From Chloroflexota bacterium (GTDB lineage Bacteria; Chloroflexota; Dehalococcoidia; Lucifugimonadales; UBA2985): a stretch of 64,000 bases of DNA. Positions within the stretch are counted from its first letter, which is position 1, and every line of letters begins with the position of its first letter. The DNA is taken from the NCBI GenBank assembly GCA_028877205.1, contig JAPPHY010000007.1, positions 166,280-230,279 on the forward strand. Reading direction: 5' to 3'. Shown here piece by piece: positions 36,557 to 45,197 of the stretch. The notes under the pieces were generated by a model that ran no database searches, was not told where the DNA came from, and saw nothing but the letters and a program-made list of their open reading frames with translations. Made by a program: the position numbers and the translations under genes.

Positions 36557-37683
36557 ACGTAAGCGTGGAGAGCCAGTCGGAGGGCCAGCTGGACACGGTC
36601 CAGATGCTGGTCAACATGGGGCCGCAGCACCCCAGCACTCACGGCGTGTTCCGCATGGTGCTGATGGTGGACGGCGAGCGCATCGTCGACGTGGAGCCGC
36701 ACATCGGCTACCTGCACCGCGGCTCCGAGAAGTTGTGCGAGGGCGAGATCTACGCCCAGATCGTCACGCTCTTCGACCGGCTGGACTACATCAGCAACCT
36801 CAACAACGAAATGGCCTTCTGCCGCGCCGTCGAGAAGCTGATGTCGTTGGAAGTGCCAGAGCGCGCCGAGTACGTCCGCGTCATCCTGTGCGAGCTGAAC
36901 CGGGTTGCCAGCCACCTGCTGTTCTTCGGCACGTTCGGCATAGACGCAGGCGCCATGACGCCCATCATGTACGCCTTCCGCGACCGGGAGAAGATACAGT
37001 CGATGTTCGAGGCCGTGACGGGCGCGCGCATGATGCACAACTATATTCGCATCGGCGGAGTCAAGAACGACGTGCCGGACGACTTTCGGCAGCGCATGAC
37101 GGCGCTCATCGGGGAGCTGCGCCAAGGCATAGACGAGGCGGACCGGCTCCTGAGCTTCGGCGAGATTTTCCTGGCCCGCAGCAAGGGAATCGGCGTGATT
37201 GCCCCGGAAAGGGCCATAGCCTACGGCGCAAGCGGCCCCACGCTGCGAGCCTCCGGCGTGCCGATGGACGTGCGCAAGGACGCTCCCTACTCCATCTATG
37301 ACCGGTTTGACTTTGGCATTCCGATAGGCGAGAAGGGCGACTCCTGGGACCGCTTCTACGTGCGCGTGGAGGAGATGCGCCAGTCGCTCAGCATCATCGA
37401 GCAGGCGCTGCGCGACATGCCGGAAGGCCCCACCATCACGCCGACGAGGCTCGTACTGCGCCCGCCGCAGGGCGAGGTGTACGTGCGCGGCGAAAACCCC
37501 CGCGGCGAGATTGGAGTCTACCTGGTGAGCAACGGTGCCGATCGGCCGTACCGCGTGAAGGTGCGCCCGCCGTCGTTCTGCAACCTGATGGCGATCAGGG
37601 AGCTGTTGCTGAACACCTATGTTGCGGACGCGGTCGTGATCCTGGGGTCGCTGGATATAGTGCTGGGTGAGGTGGACCGGTGA
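36550..37683 (+). CDS. nuoD: Complex I subunit D
   Basis: NMGPQHPSTHGV, GYLHRG, RLDY, DIVLGEVDR. Confidence 0.96.
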   Translation: MVDVSVESQSEGQLDTVQMLVNMGPQHPSTHGVFRMVLMVDGERIVDVEPHIGYLHRGSEKLCEGEIYAQIVTLFDRLDYISNLNNEMAFCRAVEKLMSLEVPERAEYVRVILCELNRVASHLLFFGTFGIDAGAMTPIMYAFRDREKIQSMFEAVTGARMMHNYIRIGGVKNDVPDDFRQRMTALIGELRQGIDEADRLLSFGEIFLARSKGIGVIAPERAIAYGASGPTLRASGVPMDVRKDAPYSIYDRFDFGIPIGEKGDSWDRFYVRVEEMRQSLSIIEQALRDMPEGPTITPTRLVLRPPQGEVYVRGENPRGEIGVYLVSNGADRPYRVKVRPPSFCNLMAIRELLLNTYVADAVVILGSLDIVLGEVDR

Positions 37684-38798
37684 TGCTGCTTGACGTTGCA
37701 CTTTTGGTGGCCTTGTCCCTGACTCTTCTGACTGCGCTCTCGGTCGTGGTACTCTCCCTCGTGTGGATTGAGCGCAAGTTCCTGGGCCGCATACAGATGC
37801 GGATGGGCCCTATGCACGTCGGCCCGTTCGGGCTGCTGCAGCCGGTCGCCGACGCCATCAAGCTGATGGCCAAGGAGGACCTTCTCTCGTCCTGGGTGGA
37901 CAGGGTGATCTACTGGGTGGCGCCGCTGGTGGTGTTCGTGCCCGTGCTGATGATATGGGTTACGATACCGGTGGCGCGAGACCTTGTGATCCGCAACCTG
38001 GACCTGGGCCTGTTCTACATCATCGCGTTCTCCGTGCTATCGATCGTGGGACTGGTGGCCGCGGGCTGGGCGTCTTCCAACAAGTATGCCGTCCTGGGTG
38101 GATTCCGAGCCGCCGCGCAGCTGGTGAGCTACGAGATACCGCTCATACTGGCCGTGCTGGGAGTGGCGATGCTGGCGCAGTCGATGAACCTGGTCCAGGT
38201 GGTCAATGAGCAGAACGTGTGGGTCTACGCGCTGATTCAGCCCTTGGGACTGGTCATATTCTTCATCGCAGGTCTGGCAGAGCTTGGACGTACTCCGTTC
38301 GACATCCACCCGGCCGAGTCGGAGGTCGTGGGCGGGCCGTTCGTTGAGTACAGCGGAGCCCACTGGTCGGTCTTCTTCCTGGCCGAATACATCAACACCT
38401 TTGCCATCGCCGCCCTCACGGTGCTGCTCTACTTCGGCGGCTGGCTGTTCCCGGGGCTGCCGGGCGACGTGCCCATCATCAGCCTTGCCGTTTTCCTGGC
38501 CAAGACGTACCTGGTGATACTGGTCATCTTCTGGATACGCGGCACTTACCCTCGCCTGCGCATCGATCAACTGATGTCGCTGGGGTGGAAGGTGCTGGTG
38601 CCGCTGGCGTTCGTGAACATCCTCATGACGGGCGCGTACCTCTTCTACGGCTGGCCCGCCTGGGTCCTTAGCCTGCTGTCGGTGGCGGTGCTGGCCGCCA
38701 CGGTATGGGGGCTGAGCAAGGCCATGCGGACCGCGCCGAGGCCGGAGGTCACAGTGCGGATATACAACCCAACTTCGGAGGCAGGCCATGCTGGGTAA
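37680..38798 (+). CDS. nuoH: Complex I subunit H
   Basis: ERK..RMGP, QPVADAIKL, SYE, RTPFD..AESE, PRLRIDQL. Confidence 0.96.
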   Translation: MMLLDVALLVALSLTLLTALSVVVLSLVWIERKFLGRIQMRMGPMHVGPFGLLQPVADAIKLMAKEDLLSSWVDRVIYWVAPLVVFVPVLMIWVTIPVARDLVIRNLDLGLFYIIAFSVLSIVGLVAAGWASSNKYAVLGGFRAAAQLVSYEIPLILAVLGVAMLAQSMNLVQVVNEQNVWVYALIQPLGLVIFFIAGLAELGRTPFDIHPAESEVVGGPFVEYSGAHWSVFFLAEYINTFAIAALTVLLYFGGWLFPGLPGDVPIISLAVFLAKTYLVILVIFWIRGTYPRLRIDQLMSLGWKVLVPLAFVNILMTGAYLFYGWPAWVLSLLSVAVLAATVWGLSKAMRTAPRPEVTVRIYNPTSEAGHAG

Positions 38799-39288
38799 CC
38801 TGAAGGGCCTCCTGGTCACCTTTGCGACCATGATCAGAAAGCCCGTAACCTACCAGTACCCCAAGGAGCACAAGCCCATCGAGGACCGGTACATGGGTTT
38901 CCCAGTCCTCATGTGGGACGAGAAGGTGGAGGAGCCGTACTGCACCGGCTGCATGGTCTGCGTCCGGTACTGCCCCACGCAGTGCATGACTGCCGTGATG
39001 AAGGACAACCCCCTCCACGCGGACGGCAAGAGCTCCCGGCGAAAGATAGTCGACACCTTCGAGATCAACCTGGGCAGGTGCATCGTATGCGGCATCTGCG
39101 TTGACGTGTGCAACTTCGACGCCATCGAGATGAGCCATGAGCACGAGCTGAGCAAGTACGCTCGCAACGACAACCGCAGCGACCTCGGCAGGCTGCTGGA
39201 GATGGGCTGGGCCTACCAGCAGGAGACGGGATGGCGCCCCGCCAAGGAGAAGGCAGCGGAGGAGGCCACGGCGGAGGCCGAGAATTGA
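38788..39288 (+). CDS. nuoI: Complex I subunit I
   Basis: TYQYP, CTGCMVCVRYCP and CIVCGICVDVC. Confidence 0.94.
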   Translation: MLGNLKGLLVTFATMIRKPVTYQYPKEHKPIEDRYMGFPVLMWDEKVEEPYCTGCMVCVRYCPTQCMTAVMKDNPLHADGKSSRRKIVDTFEINLGRCIVCGICVDVCNFDAIEMSHEHELSKYARNDNRSDLGRLLEMGWAYQQETGWRPAKEKAAEEATAEAEN

Positions 39289-39785
39289 GCCTGTCCCTCG
39301 CGGTCTTCTACCTGCTGAGCGCGGTGTGCCTTGCCGGCGCCATTGGAGTGGTGGTGTCCAGGAACGTGGTGTACGCCGCGCTGCTCCTGCTTGTGACGCT
39401 GATGGGGGTTGCCGGGTTGTACCTCCTGCTGCTGGCGGAGTTCCTCGCGCTGGTGCAGGTGCTCATATACGGCGGAGCGATAACCATCGTGATTCTGTTC
39501 GTCATCATGCTGACGCGTGTCCACGAGTTCCGGGCCATGCGCGACAACCCGCAGTGGCCGCTGGCGCTGGTGACGGCTCTTGGAGTGTTCGCGCTGCTTG
39601 CGATTGCGCTGGTGAACGGCGCCCCGGACGAGACCGTCAGACGCGGCGTGAGCTTCAGCAGGCTGGGCGACAGCCTGTTCGCGCAGTGGGCGGTTCCGTT
39701 CGAGGTCGCCTCGCTCGTGCTGCTGGTGGCGCTCATCGGGGCCATCGTCATAGCGCGGGAGCGTGAGGAGGGAGAGGAAGAGTGA
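39285..39785 (+). CDS. nuoJ: Complex I subunit J
   Basis: AEFLALVQVLIYGGAI, PFEVASLVLLVALIGAI. Confidence 0.93.
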   Translation: MSLSLAVFYLLSAVCLAGAIGVVVSRNVVYAALLLLVTLMGVAGLYLLLLAEFLALVQVLIYGGAITIVILFVIMLTRVHEFRAMRDNPQWPLALVTALGVFALLAIALVNGAPDETVRRGVSFSRLGDSLFAQWAVPFEVASLVLLVALIGAIVIAREREEGEEE

Positions 39786-40087
39786 CCCTTCTCCACTTCC
39801 AGCTTCTGGGCGCGGCGCTCTTCTCGATAGGCGTGTACGGCGTGCTCGCGCGCCGCAGTGCCGTGCTTATACTGCTGGCGCTGGAGCTGATGCTCAACGC
39901 GGTGAACGTGAACCTGATTGCCTATGCCGCGTACGGGACGCCGGCGGACTCGACGGGCCAGATCATAGCGATATTCGTGATCACGGTGGCGGCCGCGGAG
40001 GTTGGCCTTGCGATGGCCATTATCCTGAGGCTATTCCGCGACCGCGGCTCTGTGGACCTGGACGAAGTGGACCTAATGAAGGGGTAG
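39782..40087 (+). CDS. nuoK: Complex I subunit K
   Basis: ELMLNAVN, AAAEVGLA. Confidence 0.95.
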   Translation: MTLLHFQLLGAALFSIGVYGVLARRSAVLILLALELMLNAVNVNLIAYAAYGTPADSTGQIIAIFVITVAAAEVGLAMAIILRLFRDRGSVDLDEVDLMKG

Positions 40088-40127
40088 CCATCCAATAGAC
40101 AATGCTTTTTCAGGCTGGGCAGATACG

Positions 40128-42101
40128 ATGACGACCTCCGGGGTGGCGCTTGCGTGGCTGGCGCCGGCCGCGTGCGTAGCCGCATTCCTTGGTATCGTGA
40201 TCCTGGGGCGGTACCTGCCGCTGAAGGGCGTATTCCTGTCGATTCTGGCCATCCTCGGGTCATTCGGGCTGTTCTTCTACGTTCTCACCGAGTTTCTCGC
40301 GTCCGGCGGAGGCGTGTTCTCCGAGGAGTGGTTCAGTGTCGGTGAGAGCACCTTTGCCGTAGGCATTATCATCGACGAGCTGTCGGTGTTGATGCTGGGC
40401 CTCGTGACCTTCGTGGCGCTGATGGTGCAGGTCTACTCGCTGGGCTACATGCGGAGCCAGCCTGGGGACATCGGCTGGTACTTCGCCGTCCACTCACTCT
40501 TCGCAGCGGCCATGCTTGCACTCTCGTTGGCCGACAACCTGCTGCTGATATACATCGCGTGGGAGCTGGTGGGCGTGTGCTCCTACCTGCTGATAGGGTT
40601 CTGGTACGAGAGACGGTCGGCGGCGGAGGCGGCCAAGAAGGCGTTTGTGACCACTCGTATAGGCGACGTGGGCTTGCTGATAGGCATACTGCTACTGTTC
40701 AAGGAGACCGGCACATTCGACATCTCCGCCATCTTCCACGTGGTGGAGCAGGGCGGCATTGATTCGGGCACGCTGACGGTTTCGGCGCTCCTGATCTTCC
40801 TGGGTGCGATGGGCAAGTCGGCGCAGTTCCCGCTGCACGTCTGGCTCCCGGACGCGATGGAGGGCCCCACGCCGGTCAGCGCCTTGATTCATGCGGCGAC
40901 GATGGTGGTCGCGGGCGTGTTCTTGGTGGCCCGCCTGTACCCGATCTTCGTCACGTCCGACACTGCGATGATCGCGGTTGCCGTGATCGGCCTCGTTACG
41001 GCCCTGGTTACGGCGGTCATGGCGCTGGTGATGACCGACCTCAAGCGCGTGCTGGCCTACTCCACGGTGAGCCACCTGGGACTCATGATGCTGGCGCTCG
41101 GCTGCTTCGGGTTTACGGCTGCGCTGCTCCACATGGTGGCACACGCATTTGCGAAGGCCCTCCTGTTCCTGGGCGCGGGCAGCATCGCGCACGGCACGGA
41201 GGACCACGACCGGCCGGAGGGCGCACGGGACATTCGGCAGATGGGCGGGCTGTATAAGCGGATGCCAATTACGTCCGTCACCTTCGCAATCGGTGTACTG
41301 TCGCTGGGAGGCATACCGCTCATGGGCGGGTTCTTCAGCAAGGAAGAGGTGCTGCTCGCGGTGCTGGACGGGCGCGGGCCGGTGTTCTTCGTCCTCGTGC
41401 TGGTGGCCGCCCTTCTCAGCGCGCTGTACATGGCGAGGCTGCTGTTCGTGGTGGTGCTGGGCGACCTGAAGAGTGAAAACGAGCACGCCCACGAGTCTCC
41501 GTCGGTGATGACTGGACCGCTCGCATTGCTGGCTGCGCTGGCGCTTGGATCCGGCTTGCTGGCCGTCGGCGGCTGGTGGCCGGGCTTCGACGGTCTGGGC
41601 GGATGGCTGTACTTCGACAAGCCGCACCCCTACAAGATCAACGTACTGGTCATGGGGCTGTCGATTCTGGTGGCGGCGGCGGGATTCGGCCTGGGCTGGT
41701 ACCTGTACGGCCGCGGCGTCGAGTCCGCGGAGGAGTTGCGGAGGCGACAGCGGGCGGCCCGCGGGAGCGACGAGCCGGTGTACGCCCGGCATCCCATACC
41801 GGCCAGGCTGCAGGAGCAGTTCTCCGGCCTGCACGCGCTGGCCGTCAACAAGTTCTACATCGACGAGCTGTACCAGTGGGTCATCGACCGGGTGGCGCTG
41901 GCATTCGGCAATTTCATGGCCCTGTTCGACCGCGTGGTGGTGAACGACACGGGCGTGAACGGCACGGGGCGCTCGGTAGAGCTCTCCGCGAAGGTGCTGA
42001 GGCTGCTGGAGACGGGCAAGGTGTACAACTACGCCCTCGGCATGGCGGTCGGGACGGTCGTCGTGGCGCTGATTTGGTGGCTGGGGCTGCCGAGGTTGTG
42101 A
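40128..42101 (+). CDS. nuoL: Complex I subunit L
   Basis: WELVG, GKSAQFPLHVWLPDAMEGPTPVSALIHAATMV, HAFAKA. Confidence 0.96.
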   Translation: MTTSGVALAWLAPAACVAAFLGIVILGRYLPLKGVFLSILAILGSFGLFFYVLTEFLASGGGVFSEEWFSVGESTFAVGIIIDELSVLMLGLVTFVALMVQVYSLGYMRSQPGDIGWYFAVHSLFAAAMLALSLADNLLLIYIAWELVGVCSYLLIGFWYERRSAAEAAKKAFVTTRIGDVGLLIGILLLFKETGTFDISAIFHVVEQGGIDSGTLTVSALLIFLGAMGKSAQFPLHVWLPDAMEGPTPVSALIHAATMVVAGVFLVARLYPIFVTSDTAMIAVAVIGLVTALVTAVMALVMTDLKRVLAYSTVSHLGLMMLALGCFGFTAALLHMVAHAFAKALLFLGAGSIAHGTEDHDRPEGARDIRQMGGLYKRMPITSVTFAIGVLSLGGIPLMGGFFSKEEVLLAVLDGRGPVFFVLVLVAALLSALYMARLLFVVVLGDLKSENEHAHESPSVMTGPLALLAALALGSGLLAVGGWWPGFDGLGGWLYFDKPHPYKINVLVMGLSILVAAAGFGLGWYLYGRGVESAEELRRRQRAARGSDEPVYARHPIPARLQEQFSGLHALAVNKFYIDELYQWVIDRVALAFGNFMALFDRVVVNDTGVNGTGRSVELSAKVLRLLETGKVYNYALGMAVGTVVVALIWWLGLPRL

Positions 42102-42148
42102 CGCGGGCGAGGCGAATCGAAGCGAGAGTGCAGGACTAGCAGGCAATA

Positions 42149-43669
42149 GTGGAAACGCTGGACTCATACGTACTGACGGCGCTGGTGGGCATTCCCTTCA
42201 TCTGGGGAGTCGTGCTGGCCTTCCTGCCGAGCCACCGGCTGCAGCACATCCGCATGACCTCCGCCGCGGTGGCCGCCATGCTCATGGCGCTCACCGCCTA
42301 CGTGTTCCTGGCCTACGACAACGGCGAGGGCGGCTTCCAGCTGACCCGCGAGGTGGCCTGGCTCGACTCGCTGGGCATAACCTTCCTGCTCGGCGTGGAC
42401 GGCATATCCGTGCCGATGATCCTGCTGACAGGCATAGTGGGCCTCACCGGCGTGCTCGTCTCCTGGACCGTGCAGGACCGCGCCAAGGAGTTCTTCGTGC
42501 TGTTCTTCCTGCTGGTCGCGGGAGTGTACGGCGTGTTCGTCTCGCTGGACCTGTTCTTCTTCTTCTTCTTCTACGAGCTGGCCGTGATGCCGATGTACCT
42601 GCTCATAGGCGTGTGGGGCAGCAGCAGCGACTTCGGCACCTTCCTGCGTCCCAAGGAGTACGGGGCGATGAAGCTGATGCTGTACCTGGTGGCGGGCAGC
42701 ATACTCGTGTGGGTGGCGTTGATGGCCGTGTACGTGGACGGCGGCATCGGTAGCTTCTCGCTGGTGGAGTTGCGCGAGGTGACGTTCTCGGTGGAGTTCC
42801 AGCGCATATTCTTCCCGCTGTTCATGATCGGGTTCGGCGTGCTGGCGGGCCTGTGGCCGTTCCACACGTGGTCGCCGGACGGCCACGTCGCCGCGCCGAC
42901 GGCCGTGAGCATGCTGCACGCCGGCGTGCTGATGAAGCTGGGCGCGTACGGCATCATCCGCGTGGGCATCGACCTGCTGCCGCAGGGCGCCGACGACTGG
43001 ATGCCGGTGCTCATCGTCCTGGGCACGATCAACGTGGTGTATGGCGCCATCTCCGCGATGGGTCAGCGGGACCTGAAGTACGTCATCGGCTACTCCAGCG
43101 TGAGCCACATGGGCTACGTACTCATGGGATTCGCCACGCTGAACGCCATCGGAGTCGGGGGCGCGGTGCTGCAGATGTTCTCGCACGGCATCATGACCGC
43201 CCTTTTCTTCGCACTCGTGGGCGTGATCTACGACCGCGCGCACATCCGCGACATCGGCATACTGGAGGGGCTCACCAAACGCATGGGGCTTACGGCGGGG
43301 TTCTTCGCCGTGGCGGGCCTCACGTCGCTGGGGCTGCCGGGCCTGAGCGGGTTCGTGGCGGAGGTGATGGTGTTCATCGGCGTGTTCCAGGACTACCCGC
43401 TGCTGGGCGTGCTCGGCATTGTCGGCGCGGCCATAACGGCCGTGTACATCCTGCGGCTGCTGTCGAAGGTGTTCTTCGGGCCGCTCGACCCGCGGGTGGA
43501 CCCTCTGCCGGACGGCACCCGGCTAACGGACGCCACGCGGCTCGAGGGCTTCTCGGCGGCGACGCTGGTCCTGTTCCTGGTCGTCGTGGGCCTGTACCCG
43601 AAACCGTGGATTGAGATGATCGACAGCGGCGTGGCCCCAATCCTGGCGCGAGTGGCGGGTCTGCAATGA
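42149..43669 (+). CDS. nuoM: Complex I subunit M
   Basis: DGIS, PFHTWSPDGHVAAP, LMKLGAYG, YSSVSHMG. Confidence 0.95.
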   Translation: METLDSYVLTALVGIPFIWGVVLAFLPSHRLQHIRMTSAAVAAMLMALTAYVFLAYDNGEGGFQLTREVAWLDSLGITFLLGVDGISVPMILLTGIVGLTGVLVSWTVQDRAKEFFVLFFLLVAGVYGVFVSLDLFFFFFFYELAVMPMYLLIGVWGSSSDFGTFLRPKEYGAMKLMLYLVAGSILVWVALMAVYVDGGIGSFSLVELREVTFSVEFQRIFFPLFMIGFGVLAGLWPFHTWSPDGHVAAPTAVSMLHAGVLMKLGAYGIIRVGIDLLPQGADDWMPVLIVLGTINVVYGAISAMGQRDLKYVIGYSSVSHMGYVLMGFATLNAIGVGGAVLQMFSHGIMTALFFALVGVIYDRAHIRDIGILEGLTKRMGLTAGFFAVAGLTSLGLPGLSGFVAEVMVFIGVFQDYPLLGVLGIVGAAITAVYILRLLSKVFFGPLDPRVDPLPDGTRLTDATRLEGFSAATLVLFLVVVGLYPKPWIEMIDSGVAPILARVAGLQ

Positions 43670-45108
43670 ACTGGTGGCTGTTCTCGCCGGAGTTTGCGTT
43701 GACCGGGGCCGCGTTCGCAGTACTGGGCGTCGACCTGCTGCTGCCGCGGGAGAAGAAGGACTACCTGCCGGCGCTGAGCATCGTCGGGCTTGTCGCCGTG
43801 CTCGCGCTGTCGTTGTGGTACCTGTGGGGCCGCGACGAGCAGCTGTACGACGGCCTGTTCCTCATCGACGATTTCTCGCTCTTCTTCAAGGGGTTTTTCC
43901 TGGTGCTGGGCGTGCTGACCGTGCTGGTCTCGGTGGAGTACGTGAGGCAGCACCTGAGCCGCCCCGGTGAGTACTACGGCATCCTGCTGTTCTCGGTCCT
44001 GGCCATGATGCTCATGGCGGCGTCCGGCGAGCTGCTCACGGCCTACATATCGCTGGAGCTGCTGAGCTTCAGCCTGTACGTGCTGGTGTCGTACGGGAGG
44101 CGCGGGCTCAAGCCCAGCGAAGCGGGCGTGAAGTACATCCTGCTGGGCGCGTTCGCCTCGGCGCTGCTGCTGTACGGGATCAGCCAGGTGTACGGCATTC
44201 TCGGCACGACGCGCTTCGACGAGATTAACGCCGCGCTCGCGGCCGCCGACTCGCCGCTGAACCCTGCCGTGCTGGTGGGCCTGGCGCTGATCATCGCCGG
44301 GCTAGGGTTCAAGGTGGCGGCGGTGCCGTTCCACATGTGGGCGCCGGACGTATACGAGGGCGCGCCGACGCCGATCACCGCCTACCTGGCCGTCGGCTCC
44401 AAGGCGGCGGCCTTCGCGCTCATACTGAGGCTGTTCACGCAGGCGTTCATGCCCGCCTTCGACGACTGGCAGATCGTGCTGGTGGTGCTGGCCGCTCTGA
44501 CCATGACGCTCGGAAACCTGGTGGCGCTGGCGCAGTCGAACATCAAGCGGATGCTGGCGTACTCGAGCGTGGGACAGGTGGGCTACCTGCTGATGGGAGT
44601 GGCGGCGATCTCGCCGGTGGCGGCCACAGGTGTGATATTCCACCTGGCGGGGTACGCGGTTACGAGCATGGCCGCGTTCCTGTGCATCATCGTGTTCTAC
44701 AACGCGACGGGCAAGGAGAACATCGGGGACTTCGCCGGGCTGGGGAAGCGGTCGCCGTTCGTGGCGATGGTGCTGACCGTGTCGCTATTCTCGCTGGCGG
44801 GGCTGCCGTTCTTCGCCGGGTTCACGACCAAGTTCTACCTGTTCACGGCGGTTGCGCAGGGCGAGCTGCTGTGGCTGGTGGCGCTGGCGATAACGAACAG
44901 CGTGATCTCGCTCTACTACTACATGATGGTGATGAAGCAGATGTACATGGAGCCGGCGGAGGACGAAACGCCGGTGCCCGTTTCGATGCTGAGCCGCGGC
45001 GTCCTGGGAGCGATGCTCGCTGGCATCATCGCGATCGGCATATACCCGGCCCCGCTGGTGGACGCGATAGAGGCGGCGAGGAGCGTGCTGGTGTGGTACG
45101 TGGTGTAG
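43666..45108 (+). CDS. nuoN: Complex I subunit N
   Basis: EAGVKY, FKVAAVPFHMWAPDVYEGAP, KRMLAYSS. Confidence 0.96.
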   Translation: MNWWLFSPEFALTGAAFAVLGVDLLLPREKKDYLPALSIVGLVAVLALSLWYLWGRDEQLYDGLFLIDDFSLFFKGFFLVLGVLTVLVSVEYVRQHLSRPGEYYGILLFSVLAMMLMAASGELLTAYISLELLSFSLYVLVSYGRRGLKPSEAGVKYILLGAFASALLLYGISQVYGILGTTRFDEINAALAAADSPLNPAVLVGLALIIAGLGFKVAAVPFHMWAPDVYEGAPTPITAYLAVGSKAAAFALILRLFTQAFMPAFDDWQIVLVVLAALTMTLGNLVALAQSNIKRMLAYSSVGQVGYLLMGVAAISPVAATGVIFHLAGYAVTSMAAFLCIIVFYNATGKENIGDFAGLGKRSPFVAMVLTVSLFSLAGLPFFAGFTTKFYLFTAVAQGELLWLVALAITNSVISLYYYMMVMKQMYMEPAEDETPVPVSMLSRGVLGAMLAGIIAIGIYPAPLVDAIEAARSVLVWYVV

Positions 45109-45197
45109 GGGGTAGCGGGGAGCTACACCGCGTAACGTGAGATTCCTGCGTGCGGTGGGCCGATTCATGTGATTTCACTGTCAGGGAGGCTAGTGGT

